From Leptolyngbyaceae cyanobacterium (GTDB lineage: Bacteria > Cyanobacteriota > Cyanobacteriia > Phormidesmidales > Phormidesmidaceae), in NCBI GenBank assembly GCA_965263355.1, contig CBDHHL010000032.1:1536001-1600000 (forward strand): a stretch of 64,000 nt of DNA, read 5' to 3'. A program made the position numbers and the translations under genes. Under the pieces are notes generated by a model. It was not told where the DNA came from. It saw only the letters and a list, made by a program, of their open reading frames with translations, and did no database searches. The first letter of the stretch is position 1, and every line of letters starts with the position of its first letter. Below are positions 27,860 through 38,762 of the stretch, piece after piece.

Positions 27860-28654
27860 GTGACCTCAACCACCATTGAGCTAAATCTTATCCGTATTGC
27901 CTGGGCCTTAGGTCTGGCTGCCGTTGCCATTGGCTTATCCCTCTGGCAACAGCTTGGTCTTGCCGGCACTCTTGCCCTGGCCACCCTCCGCACGGTGGTT
28001 CAGCTGTTTGCGGTGGGCATTTTTCTCTCCATTATTTTTGAGCTGAGCAATCCGGTACTCATTATTCTGGCACTGCTGGTAATGACAACGGTGGCAGCAC
28101 TTACGGCCCGTAACCGCATTGGTAAAGACATTCCGCATCTGGTGCTATGGCTATGGGGAGCTATTCTGACCAGCACCACCCTGACAATTACCTATACGAT
28201 GACGGTGGTTGTAAGACCTGAACTATGGTACGAACCCCGCTATTTAATTCCTTTGACGGGGATGATGTTGGGAAATGCGCTGACCGCAGCCTCGTTGACC
28301 GGTGAACGGTTAGTCAGTGCGCTGCGGAATTATCGTACTGAAATAGAGACGCACCTTAGTTTGGGGGCGACTCCGGGGCAAGCGATCGCAACCTATCGTC
28401 GAGACGCCATTAAAGCAGGTCTCATTCCCACTGTTAATTCCATGATGGTAGTCGGATTAGTCACATTACCGGGCATGATCACAGGGCAAATTTTAGGTGG
28501 AGCTGATCCGTTGAATGCAGCCCTATACCAAATGTTGATTATGTTTATGATAGCGTTTGCCACCCTAACAACCGCAATTTTAGTCAGCTACGCCATTAAA
28601 CAACAGTTTTTTAATCAGGCAATGCAGCTAATTGACCCAAAACAATCATCGTAG
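27860..28654 (+). CDS. FetB/YbbM (UPF0014) ABC-transporter permease
   Basis: RTVVQL, YLIPLTGMMLGN, LSLGATP, GLVTLPGMITGQILGG..PL.A..YQ. Confidence 0.88.
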   Translation: MTSTTIELNLIRIAWALGLAAVAIGLSLWQQLGLAGTLALATLRTVVQLFAVGIFLSIIFELSNPVLIILALLVMTTVAALTARNRIGKDIPHLVLWLWGAILTSTTLTITYTMTVVVRPELWYEPRYLIPLTGMMLGNALTAASLTGERLVSALRNYRTEIETHLSLGATPGQAIATYRRDAIKAGLIPTVNSMMVVGLVTLPGMITGQILGGADPLNAALYQMLIMFMIAFATLTTAILVSYAIKQQFFNQAMQLIDPKQSS

Positions 28655-28703
28655 GGTGGGCACACCCTTGGATTATGCACAATGGATAACCGCCTGTGCC
28701 CAC
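28651..28703. repeat. GTAG-type REP inverted repeat between convergent genes
   Basis: GTAGGGTGGGCACA ... TGTGCCCACC. Confidence 0.6.
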
Positions 28704-28731
28704 CGGTAATAGGCAATGGGTATGAAGAGAG

Positions 28732-30235
28732 TTATCCAACAACAAACATATTAGCTGTCAGGTCAGCATACATCACATTATTGACCTCAGCAAGAATCTC
28801 ACTGCCAACAGAAATTATGGCCGTGTTACCCTGTTGACCTAAAGACAGATCTGCATACGTCAATCCATCCCCTAAGCCAATAAAATCAATCCCAATTTCA
28901 AAATCTGTTATCACATCCGTCCCCTCTCCAGTTGCCAGGAGAAAAGTATCAGCTCCACTGCCACCGGACTGATCATCGCCAGTCAGAATATCATCGCCAA
29001 GACCGCCGTGTAGCAGATCATCACCATCGTCCCCCCAAAGAGAGTCATTACCTGCACCACCTAGGAGAGTATCATTACCTCCTTTACCACCAATGCGGTC
29101 ATCACCACCGTAGCCGTAGATCATGTCATTACCACCGATACTACCGCCAGGAGCCCGTGAATTCAGGTCTCCTCGCAATATATTGTTATTATTGTTGCCA
29201 AAAAGCTGATCATTACCGAGATCACCAGCTACTAGTTCAGCATTTGCACTCATTTCGATAATGTCATCCCCAGGCGTGCCAACTTCTGGGTCAGGATTGT
29301 CAGATTCATCGGGTTCGGGAATTGGCTCAGGTTCAGGTATCGGTTCAGGCTCGGGAATTGGCTCAGGCTCGGGTATCGGTTCGGGTTCGGGAATTGGTTC
29401 AGGCTCGGGAATTGGCTCAGGCTCGGGAATTGGTTCAGGCTCGGGAATTGGCTCGGGAATTGGCTCAGGTTCAGGTATCGGTTCAGGCTCGGGAATTGGT
29501 TCAGGCTCGGGAATTGGTTCAGGCTCGGGAATTGGCTCGGGAATTGGCTCAGGCTCGGGTATCGGTTCGGGTTCGGAGTTGGAATTGGAACCGGAGTTGG
29601 TGTTGGTTCAGGTTGGTGTTGGAACCGGAGTTGGTGTTGGAATCGGAACCGGAAGTTGGAGTTGGAACCGGAGTTGGTGTTGGAACCGGAGTTGGTGTTG
29701 GAACCGGAGTTGGTGTTGGAACCGGAGTTGGTGTTGGAACCGGAGTTGGTGTTGGAACCGGAGTTGGTGTTGGAACCGGAGTTGGTGTTGGAACCGGAGT
29801 TGGTGTTGGTGCCGGGGCCGCTAAAACAATGGTCCAGTAGTCATAGAAGTTGTTCTTGCCAGTATCATTAAGAAGAAAAATATGGCCTACACCCATTTCT
29901 TTAACATGGGGATTTAAAATATTATTTAGATGCCCTGGGCTATGTTTCCAATCCGTGAATACCTCTGCTGCTGTATATTGCCCTGCACCGATATTTTCAA
30001 CAGCTGTTGTGTATGCATAGCCCTCATCCGTCAGTCTCTCACCCAAAGTAGACCCATCGGACCCGATGTGATCAACAGATTTATCACTATGGGCGATGTC
30101 ATTAGTATGTTTCTGGGCTGCTTGATCTAACTCTGCATCAAGAATAACTGTTGGTAATCCATATAAATTGCGTTCTGCGTTAACAAGTGCAAGAAACTGT
30201 TGATCAAACTGTTGTTGTTGAGCTGGTGTATCCAT
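28732..30235 (-). pseudogene. CAP/SCP domain + Pro-rich linker + RTX C-terminus protein, frameshifted in the linker
   Basis: LVNAER, AAQKH, HIGSDGS, ENIGAG, WKHSPGH..NILNP (CAP); (TPTPVP)n and (PEPEPI)n; GGxGxD repeats and GADTF..DVITDF tail in a different frame. Confidence 0.82.
29311..29810. repeat. Two abutting 18-bp-period tandem arrays encoding PEPEPI and TPTPVP on the minus strand
   Basis: GGCTCAGGCTCGGGAATT-like units about 29311-29575; GGAACCGGAGTTGGTGTT units about 29587-29810. Confidence 0.92.
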
Positions 30236-30914
30236 TTTTATAGGTATTTCGGATCGGCGCATGACCTACTGTTCTTTTTTATCCGTTGATCTATGGCTAA
30301 ACCCATGGTGTGAACACTCAACTTCAAAGAGATTTTTTGAAGAAAATCTAAATTGTTGGTAAATGCACTAAGAGTGATTTGGTGAGTTCTCAATAGAACT
30401 ACAGGTAAACGTAATATTGGTCGGTTAATAAAGCTTGTGTATTTACTGAGTTCATGAAAGAACTATGAGCTTTGGGTAAGACGGTGAATGGTGAGTATGA
30501 ATGGTGCTGTAGCTTTAGCAGCCATTTTGCAAATCGCCTTTCCAAAACAACTTGACAAACTGCTAGAAATGCCCTTAGTCAAGACTTTGCTTCTTTCTCT
30601 CAATCGACTATCAGCACTACAGCGTTATGAAGCTATCTTGAAATCCTATGGTTAGATGACAATTCTAGAGCTAACGTTATAAGATGATTAGCTTTAAAGC
30701 CTATCATTTTAGACAATCCAGAACTTTATTCTGTATCTAAATAGACCAATATCACTGCTTACTGCCCATTCCCCACCGTCTGTAATCACCTGTGACTCTA
30801 TTTTTGTGCAGCCCCATTAAGGTAAAACAGTTCAGTAACTTAGTTCAAACCTGCCTATACTGACTAAATGACTTAACTTCAACTAACTTATCTTTTGTAG
30901 AAAGGTCAACCAGG

Positions 30915-31358
30915 ATGACATCCAACCTATTAGGAATAATCATCGGGGGACTTCTCCCGGCTCTGTTTTACGGTGTTTCCAGCGTATTTGCTAAAAGCAG
31001 CACCAATGCTGGCATGTCAATAGGTGGCCATTTATTTTTTATCGGCATCGCTATTAGTATTACCGGGATGCTGTTTCACTTTTTCTGGCCCGGTGATAAC
31101 ACGCCATCATTGTTTGCGGTTATATCGTCTTCTATGCAAGGCATTTTTTGGGGATTGGGAACCGGCTGTGTGGTCCTAGGATTATTGGAATATAAGGCAC
31201 CCCTGGCTAAGCTAGTTCCCCTCTACAATATGAACACACTGATAACATCAGGGCTCGCCCTGATTATCTTCGCAGAATGGCGTGAGGTGAGTCCTGTAAC
31301 GCTATTTGCAGGGACTTGTTTGATCATTGCCGGTGGCGTTTTGGTATCCCGTGCTTAG
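30915..31358 (+). CDS. Small multi-TM membrane protein, DMT/EamA-like
   Basis: 147 aa, about five hydrophobic Gly-rich helices, LVPLYNMNTL..LALIIFAE pattern. Confidence 0.7.
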   Translation: MTSNLLGIIIGGLLPALFYGVSSVFAKSSTNAGMSIGGHLFFIGIAISITGMLFHFFWPGDNTPSLFAVISSSMQGIFWGLGTGCVVLGLLEYKAPLAKLVPLYNMNTLITSGLALIIFAEWREVSPVTLFAGTCLIIAGGVLVSRA

Positions 31359-31440
31359 CATTGAGTGGTAAAACAATGGCGTTTGATGGGCATGGGGTTT
31401 GTATTGCGGGATGTTAGTAATGGGGGGAACGAATTTTGCC

Positions 31441-33172
31441 TCAAGCCCTAAAGACTACTGATACTATTGTTCCTGTCTCCACCGCCGACTCAATCGTAAA
31501 ACTCCCCCCATGGGCTTCTACAATCCGCTTTACAATCGCCAATCCCAACCCTGTCCCCGTCGATTTTGTCGTAAAAAACGGCTTAGTCAACTTTGGTAAC
31601 ACATCCGACGGAATCGGTTTGCCACCATTGTGAATTTTCAAACACACCTGATCCGACTCTGGTTCCAAATAACAAGTCACCGCATTACCCGGTTCAATTG
31701 CCTCACAGGCATTACTCACCAGGTTGATCAACACCTGTTTTAACTTGTCCGCATCGCCCTGGATGGTTACTTGATTAGCCGAGTTCTTAAACACAATTAG
31801 TCGCTCAGCAGCAACGGGTTGTACCCTCAGAGTATCTAATACGTCAGTGGTTAGCCGAGTTCTTAAACACAATTAGTCGCTCAGCAGCAACGGGTTGTAC
31901 CCTCAGAGTATCTAATACGTCAGTGGTTAACTCAGTGAGATTTAAATTTTGTGGTTTGGCATAGAGTAAAATCTCATTGAGAAGAGACTCCAACCGCTCG
32001 GCTTCCGATGCGGCCATATCCAGACGCAGGGCATTTCTCTCGGAGAGGTCAGAATTGCGCAGGGCACCTAAACCCATTTTGACCGTAGTGAGGGGGTTAC
32101 GTACCTCATGGACAATCATGGAGGCCAATTCACCCACTTCGGCTAGGGCAGCCAGGGCCTGTTCGGCCCGTTTGCGATCGCGAATATCCCGTACCACCGC
32201 CACCACACATAGCCGCTCCGCATATTCCAATGTCGCGGCAGAAATTTCTGCAGGTACTGTTTTGCCCGACTTTGTCAAACAGGTTAGCTGGTCCGTCCAG
32301 CCCTGTCCTTCTTTCAAAACAGATTCAGCAAAGGCCATAAATTGCGGCATTTCGTCGGGATGAACGCTGGAAATACGAACGCTTTCCAATAGTTCATCGC
32401 GGCTGTAACCAAGCAGTTGTGTGGATTGGGGGTTGGCTTCTAGAATGCGATCGCTACTGGGATCAATCACAAAAATGGCATCGTTAGACGCATTAAAAAT
32501 CCGCCGCAGACGTTCTTCACTTTCTTGTAGTTGGGCATTTAGGGCCGTTAACTCAGCCGTGCGCTGGGCCACCCGCTGCTCCAGTTCAGCATTCACCGTC
32601 ATCAGCTCAGACTGGGCCGCCCGTAGTTCTTGGGTGCGCTTAATCACTTCGGCTTCCAGAGCTTCGTTAAATTTTTGTTGTTGTTGCCATAGTTGATGGT
32701 TATCAATGGCCGTTGCTGCCCGTTCGGCAAAAAGCTCTGCCATATTAATTAGCTCAGGGGCAAACCGTCGAGGCTGTTGACTAAAACTGCAAATGGTACC
32801 AATGGTACGACCGGCAGCTGTCTGTAAGGGGACACCCAAATAGGCCCGGTACCCCTCTGGACCTTCCCCATGGCTAGGATCGTCGACAAAATTTTCTACT
32901 GTCAAGGGACAACCCGTTTTGACAACTTTGTCGGTCACGGTGCCGTGCAACTCATAAACTTCTTCTGGGTCGTCGTCCAGGTCAATGGTACTGGCCAAGA
33001 TCCGTTCTGAATTGCCCCAACATAAGGTAACGACAGCCCAATCTGTCCCTAAAATGCTCTGAACGCCCTGGGCTAAGCTTTCTAGATAGTTGGTGAGATT
33101 ACGATCTCGATAGCTTAAGTTTGCCAGTACGTTAAGCGTTTGCTGAGCCAGAACGGATTCGGACTTAGACAT
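31441..33172 (-). pseudogene. GAF-PAS cytoplasmic sensor histidine kinase split by a 76-bp duplication
   Basis: YLGVPL..GTICSF (GAF), NASNDAIF..VHPDE (PAS), VHEVRNPL H-box in 31844-33172; NLVSNACEA, PFFTTK..GTGLGL in 31441-31872. Confidence 0.88.
31775..31929. repeat. Exact 76-bp tandem duplication with TTA microhomology
   Basis: 31775-31850 equals 31851-31926, followed by TTA. Confidence 0.93.
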
Positions 33173-33384
33173 AGCAGATTAAGTAAGACCTTTAAATGGA
33201 AATAACGCGCCATTTATTCAATCATATCTCACCCGTTCTACCTTGTTAGCCATAACACTATCTCTGCAAAAGCTGTATGGATAGGATTAAAACAACATTG
33301 TGACCAGTGCATTAGCATTGGTCACAGTATACAGTAGGCAATTTTACAGAATCCTTGAACCTCGCAAGCAACAAAACAAAAGTT

Positions 33385-33867
33385 CTAGCGATTTGTTGCC
33401 CGTTTAAAGTCGGGCAACATCTGTTTATTGGTTAGATACTTATGTAAATCATGGGCACTTAAGCGACAGAGGTCCTTGGCGAGTTCGCTAACCGCCATGG
33501 TTGACGGAATATGATTGGGGACAGACTCCCGTAAACTGCCTAAGAGATGGGGCTCTGCCACTAATATCAGATGATGGTTAGGGTAGTTTTGGGTAATGGC
33601 ATGAAGATGTTGCAATATCTTGCTGGCAAATCTTCGGTTAATTTCCGTAAACTGGGTTGTCTTTTCGTGACGGTTGCCGTGGTGTTTGCGCCCAATTAAA
33701 TTGTTACTAGCTCCTTTTTTTGTGGCTAGGGGCTTGTCGGCATTGTTCAGGCTACTGTGCTCGATTAAATGAGGTCCTGATTGTTCTTGATCAGAGAACT
33801 CAACAGCTGCAAGGGTGAAAAAACGAGCCTGGGCACCATCAACAACTGCAACAAGATATGAGCGCAT
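33385..33867 (-). CDS. Host-attachment-family (AtsE / release-factor-like) protein
   Basis: YLVAVVDGAQARFF, RRFA, LILVAEPHLLGSLR, ELAKDL. Confidence 0.8.
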   Translation of the reverse strand: MRSYLVAVVDGAQARFFTLAAVEFSDQEQSGPHLIEHSSLNNADKPLATKKGASNNLIGRKHHGNRHEKTTQFTEINRRFASKILQHLHAITQNYPNHHLILVAEPHLLGSLRESVPNHIPSTMAVSELAKDLCRLSAHDLHKYLTNKQMLPDFKRATNR

Positions 33868-34085
33868 ACCTAGATCCTAACTATTTGTATTGGACATCAC
33901 ATTGATTCTAGCAGTGGACTCTTCTGGGCTTGCACCCTCTGACTACAGCCTTAATAGCGTGTCTTATTTGTTAATACTTTAGAAAAATATGTATTACTTA
34001 CTTCATTATTGTGGCTTGAAATTTTTCGATTAAAATTAAATAAAGGAGAGCCGCTGTGAAATAACCGTGACGGCTTTGTCGGCAT

Positions 34086-34406
34086 ATGATTACAGATTCA
34101 GGGATGCAACTCTCTCAGACCTTAGCGTCTAGAAAAAAACTACATTGGAGTGGATTTATCCTTATTCCCATCGCCTCGTTTATGCTAGCAAGTCGGGTTG
34201 AGGCCCAGCAGACGCGGGTGATTCAAGCCCCGGCCCCCTATAATGCCTGTAATGTACGTAGTCAGGCTGGCATTCAATACAGCATTTTGGGGACATTTCG
34301 TAACGGTCAATCTGTTACCCTGCTGGGTCAATCTGGTCGTGGTTGGCACCGCGTACAGGTGGGCCAGACTATTGGCTGGATGGCACGACAATGCCTGGGG
34401 CTTTAG
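34086..34406 (+). CDS. Small exported SH3b-domain protein
   Basis: Signal-like segment ending VEA; CNVRSQAG...LG...G..VTLLG...GWHRV....IGWMARQCL. Confidence 0.78.
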   Translation: MITDSGMQLSQTLASRKKLHWSGFILIPIASFMLASRVEAQQTRVIQAPAPYNACNVRSQAGIQYSILGTFRNGQSVTLLGQSGRGWHRVQVGQTIGWMARQCLGL

Positions 34407-34513
34407 GGCATCAGCTGCAGATATCTTAGGCATAAGATTAGACACCGCGAGACGTTTAAGCAGTGTTTATAATGTATGCTCGCGATCATTAGGTGTTTAG
34501 ATCGGCTTTAGTC

Positions 34514-34906
34514 ATGAACTTTGATACCTTTACTGAATTTATTCAAAAAAGTTTTCGGGTCTCTTTGGGAGCAGCTGCGTCTGCAGTTGAGGCTATTCAA
34601 GATCCACAGGCCTCTGCTACTAAATTTTCTGACATTGGTTCAGATTTCAATCGTTTAACCGATGAATTGGAGGTTAAAGGTGAGCTAACTGAGAAAGAAG
34701 CGCGTGAGTTTGTCGATAATCTTAGTAGCAACTTTGATGGGCAATTTCCTAATCCCTTTGAGCCTTCTTCAGCTAGTAATACCACTGTAAATACGGTCGC
34801 TAAGCCAGTTACCGATAGTGGTATTCAGGCTGAAATCAAAGCGCTGACTGAACAGCTATCGGCAATTCGTCAGGAAATTGAACAGCTTAAGGCGCAAGGG
34901 TCTTAG
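34514..34906 (+). CDS. Hypothetical coiled-coil protein (phasin-like)
   Basis: QKSFRVSLGA, LEVKGELTEKEAREFVD, C-terminal heptads. Confidence 0.75.
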   Translation: MNFDTFTEFIQKSFRVSLGAAASAVEAIQDPQASATKFSDIGSDFNRLTDELEVKGELTEKEAREFVDNLSSNFDGQFPNPFEPSSASNTTVNTVAKPVTDSGIQAEIKALTEQLSAIRQEIEQLKAQGS

Positions 34907-35102
34907 GGTGTAGTTGCTGCCTTTGCCATAGTTGCAAAGTGCCATAGTTCAAAGATTTAAATGTATAGAATCATACGGCGTCCCGAGGTGTTACTTGTTC
35001 TCATCTCGGGACACTTTTATTTTTTGGCTGTTCGAAATTATGGGGTGCGGCAATGTAGCTACGGTTAGGAGCATTCCTGACGTTATTCCGGTAGACATCG
35101 TA

Positions 35103-35786
35103 ATGAAGCATTTTCCTGTTTTAATTCAGTTACTGCGCGATCGCAATCAATTTCTTGAGGATATTCGCCATGATGTCAAACTAGAGCGCAAAATCTTTTC
35201 GTTATTGATAGTTAGCTGTATATTCTTTGGTATCTACGGGGCGATCATTGGCTCATCAAGTAGTGTGCTGCAGATGCTAGCCTCAGCAATTAAACTTCCC
35301 GCCTTATATTTGATTACCCTAGGTATTTGTCTACCAACACTTTATTTTTTTGATATTCTCTTTGGCTCTAAGCTAAATTTCCGTCAATATAGCGCCATGC
35401 TAATGACCACCGTAGCGGTAATCAGCGTATTGCTGTTTAGCTTTGCCCCCGTAGTGTTGTTCTTTTTAATTTCAATCCAGGGATATAATTTCTTCTTACT
35501 GCTAAATGTGGCAGTGATGGGGCTAACGGGTGTGATTGGTGTGCGTATGTTTTATCAGGGAATGCGTCAAGTGGTCGGCCCTGATGCAGCGGGTAGTCGG
35601 CTGCGCAATCGTTTATTACTGGGTTGGTTAGGACTGTATGCTCTGGTAGGCTCTCAACTGGGTTGGACACTGCGTCCCTTCTTCGGTGCCCCGAATGAAC
35701 CGTTCCAGGTATTTCGACCAGAGATTGACGGAAATTTCTATGCTCAGATTTTTAGGAGTCTGGCGTCCCTGTTAGGGTTGCAGTAA
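35103..35786 (+). CDS. Conserved multi-TM hypothetical protein
   Basis: AIKLPALYLITLGICLPTLY, VGSQLGWTLRPFFG; ATG at 35103. Confidence 0.8.
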   Translation: MKHFPVLIQLLRDRNQFLEDIRHDVKLERKIFSLLIVSCIFFGIYGAIIGSSSSVLQMLASAIKLPALYLITLGICLPTLYFFDILFGSKLNFRQYSAMLMTTVAVISVLLFSFAPVVLFFLISIQGYNFFLLLNVAVMGLTGVIGVRMFYQGMRQVVGPDAAGSRLRNRLLLGWLGLYALVGSQLGWTLRPFFGAPNEPFQVFRPEIDGNFYAQIFRSLASLLGLQ

Positions 35787-35844
35787 GGAAATAAACCTGG
35801 TCCACGTCCAGGACGATCGTTTTTCCGGTGAAGAATCTACAGGT

Positions 35845-35864
35845 TTCAACTTGGACGTGGTTTA
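35845..35864. repeat. Second copy of the 5481-5561 element arm
   Basis: TTCAACTTGGACGTGGTTTA is the exact reverse complement of 5488-5507; partial partner CCACGTCCA at 35802. Confidence 0.7.
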
Positions 35865-35874
35865 GGCCATAGAT

Positions 35875-36579
35875 TTGGAGAGTGGAGTGAATCTTGATAA
35901 TCTGCGCATTACAAATCGGGATTTAGATGAGCTGACAGGTTTGGACATTAGTGATTTATCTATGGGTTGGGGTACCCGCCTATCGGTATTTCAGCGGCCT
36001 CGGTTGTTTTGGGCCTGGTTGATAAATCAGGGGCTGGTATTGGCGGTAACGCTGGTGTTATGGTTACCAGCCAGCCTGGTTCTGGGACGCAATTTAGCAG
36101 GGCCAATGGTGTTTATTGGTGTGGGTATAGTCGGTGCGTTCTCTACCACCATTGCCCATGGCTTCTACAGTATCCGCAAAGGCCAGCAACTCAAGGTACT
36201 TAGCCATTTATTGGATGAGGTGGATCGATTTAACGAAATGATTAAAGCTGTCGAAATTTTAGAGGAACTGCGACAGACAGACAACACATCTAGACATCTG
36301 AAGTTAGACAATCCAGAGGCTGTTAAGGAAGCCCTGCACCTGACCCGTGAAAGTTTAGTATGTGGGCTGATGAGCGATAAAATCATGCGTAAACATCAGC
36401 GATTTATCACTCGACGTCACGAACTATTTGCCAGTATTGAAACGAATTTATCTAATTTGCAGACATTACAGGCTATAGAGATGGCAGGGGACTATGGACA
36501 ACTGCTGAATGAAGCCCTGCAGGTGGGCACCAGTGTTCATCAAGAACTTAGACAAGCGAAGCTAATTAGGGAAACTTAG
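35875..36579 (+). CDS. Hypothetical 2-TM protein with helical C-terminus
   Basis: 234-aa ORF, LLDEVDRFN..IKA, ALHLTRESLV, YGQLLNEALQ. Confidence 0.75.
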   Translation: MESGVNLDNLRITNRDLDELTGLDISDLSMGWGTRLSVFQRPRLFWAWLINQGLVLAVTLVLWLPASLVLGRNLAGPMVFIGVGIVGAFSTTIAHGFYSIRKGQQLKVLSHLLDEVDRFNEMIKAVEILEELRQTDNTSRHLKLDNPEAVKEALHLTRESLVCGLMSDKIMRKHQRFITRRHELFASIETNLSNLQTLQAIEMAGDYGQLLNEALQVGTSVHQELRQAKLIRET

Positions 36580-36757
36580 AACTGTCACTCCTTAAACAGT
36601 CAAATATGAGGTAAACATTAAAGTCGTTTTATCGTAGTCTGCTACGCATATCTATAGAGTTTAATAGATAATAGTACACATATTTCTGCTGTCATAATAG
36701 TTGTAAAGAAGTTCCTGCCTATTTAGGTTTCAAGGACTTCAAGGGTGATTTGTATTT

Positions 36758-38083
36758 ATGAAAAAGACGTTTGTCCTCGACACCAATGTGCTTCTGCACG
36801 ACCCTAAAGCCATATATCGCTTCGAGGAAAATGACGTCATCTTACCCATTGCCATCGTTGAAGAACTGGACCGGTTTAAAAAATCATTGGATGAAACCGG
36901 ACGTAATGCCCGTCAAGTGTCTCGTACTTTGGACAAGCTACGTGGTCAAGGTAGCTTAACTGAAGGGATTGTTCTGGGAGGAGATGGTACCCTTAAAGTC
37001 TCTTTATGTCATCAAGAGACCCTGGCATCATTGCCCTTAGAATTAGAAGGGGATAAGGCTGACAACGAAATCTTAGCGGTTGCCCTAGAGCATAAACAGA
37101 CATGCCAGTGTCCTGTGATTTTAATTAGCAAAGACGCCAATCTTCGGATCAAAGCAGATACATTAGGTCTAGCCGCAGAAGACTATGAAACAGATAAGAT
37201 CGACATTGATGATCTGTATGCTGGCACAGGGGAACTGCTAGTTGACGCAGAACAACTGAGTGAATTGTTTCGGGGTGGCACATTAGAATTTGACGGTAAG
37301 TTCTACCCTAATCAGTCACTTACTCTGATTGATGTTAATAACCCGGCCCACACGGCACTGGCTATGGTGGATGGCGAATCGGGGCGGGTTGTTCCTCTAC
37401 CGAAAGTACCCTACGCTGGAATTTCTCAAATATATCCCCGTAACCGAGAACAGAAGTTTGCCCTAAATCTGTTGTTGAATGACAACATTCCCTTAGTCAC
37501 CCTGGTTGGTAAGGCCGGTACAGGGAAGACCCTGCTAGCCATCGCGGCAGGGGTGCAAAAAGTTTCTGAAGAACGGGTATACAGTCGCTTGTTGATATCT
37601 CGTCCAGTAGTGCCTATGGGGCGGGATATTGGTTATTTGCCAGGGGATATTAGCGAGAAGCTCACACCTTGGATGCAGCCCTTGTATGATAATTTTGATT
37701 TGATTTTTGGGACTCAGGATCCAACGGGTAAACCTGCCCACTGGCGACGGGGCCATGAGGAACTGATGGAAATGGGACTATTGCAGATTGAGGCACTGAC
37801 CTATATTCGAGGCCGCACATTACCCAAGCAATTTTTGATTGTTGATGAAGCTCAAAATCTCACCCCCCATGAGGTAAAAACTATTTTGACTCGAGCAGGA
37901 GAGGGAACCAAAATTGTCCTGACGGGTGACACGGCTCAGATTGATAATCCTTATGTGGATGCTGCAAGCAATGGTTTGACCTATGTGGTGGAACGCTTTA
38001 AGCATGAGCCTTTAGCGGGTCATATTTTGCTGACACGGGGTGAACGCTCAGCCCTGGCGGAACGGTCTACAGAATTACTGTAA
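36758..38083 (+). CDS. PIN-domain + PhoH-family ATPase (PhoH2/YlaK-like)
   Basis: FVLDTNVLLHDP (PIN); GKAGTGKT Walker A; RGRT, IVDEAQN, LTGD..QID. Confidence 0.93.
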   Translation: MKKTFVLDTNVLLHDPKAIYRFEENDVILPIAIVEELDRFKKSLDETGRNARQVSRTLDKLRGQGSLTEGIVLGGDGTLKVSLCHQETLASLPLELEGDKADNEILAVALEHKQTCQCPVILISKDANLRIKADTLGLAAEDYETDKIDIDDLYAGTGELLVDAEQLSELFRGGTLEFDGKFYPNQSLTLIDVNNPAHTALAMVDGESGRVVPLPKVPYAGISQIYPRNREQKFALNLLLNDNIPLVTLVGKAGTGKTLLAIAAGVQKVSEERVYSRLLISRPVVPMGRDIGYLPGDISEKLTPWMQPLYDNFDLIFGTQDPTGKPAHWRRGHEELMEMGLLQIEALTYIRGRTLPKQFLIVDEAQNLTPHEVKTILTRAGEGTKIVLTGDTAQIDNPYVDAASNGLTYVVERFKHEPLAGHILLTRGERSALAERSTELL

Positions 38084-38093
38084 GGGGTACGGG

Positions 38094-38762
38094 ATGGCTA
38101 TTCATCAGGGCGACTATGAAAATTTGCTTGCCAGGTGCAGTGACTACCGAGGGGCATTGGCCCTGCTCAAGCAGCATCGCCCCTATCTGGAAATGCTGCC
38201 AAGCATACGGCGACCCCAGGATAGTATTGTGACGATTCCGTTACCTAATATCAATGTTCGTCGCGTCAACGATGGTACCTTTGGTCCGGTGAGTAACCGT
38301 CGAGAAATGGTAGTCCTACCCTGCGATTTGGTTATCCTCATGTGTGACCCTGAATGGAAAATCAAAACTGGGGTAGATGTTGTTCTATTTATTCATCGTC
38401 CGGATGAAGATTTTTCAGAACTGTTGTCTCGGTGGCGGCAGACTCAAATATTGCTGTCAGAAAATTATGAGTGGCAAATGCCCATGCAATATCAGCATTT
38501 GCTAAACGAAGGATCTGAGCGTCCTTATCCTTTGTTTGTGACATTTCCTCAGACACCTGAACGGATCATTCGTGGCTTAAATGGAGCCAAGTTACCCGTT
38601 ATTTTGTATACCCCTACCCTCTGGAGTGATCCAGACGAACGGGCAGATTTAGTAGAGACACCTCAGTTTGAGTCTGAGGAGCTAATCGATGATGGAGATG
38701 AGGCCTTGCGGGAATGGGGAATTGATATTGAAGCGTCTGAGGAGGGGGAGGGTAGCCACTAA
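38094..38762 (+). CDS. Conserved hypothetical protein
   Basis: LLKQHRPYLEMLPS.RRP, LMCDPEWKIKTG, FIHRP; closely follows phoH. Confidence 0.8.
   Translation: MAIHQGDYENLLARCSDYRGALALLKQHRPYLEMLPSIRRPQDSIVTIPLPNINVRRVNDGTFGPVSNRREMVVLPCDLVILMCDPEWKIKTGVDVVLFIHRPDEDFSELLSRWRQTQILLSENYEWQMPMQYQHLLNEGSERPYPLFVTFPQTPERIIRGLNGAKLPVILYTPTLWSDPDERADLVETPQFESEELIDDGDEALREWGIDIEASEEGEGSH

Noticed and set aside
29261..29871. Plus-strand ORFs with GSGI, QAREL, WCWNRS and LEPELV repeats; also CRISPR-like periodicity
   Set aside because: Antisense shadows of the Pro-rich linker; 18-bp tandem units with no unique spacers
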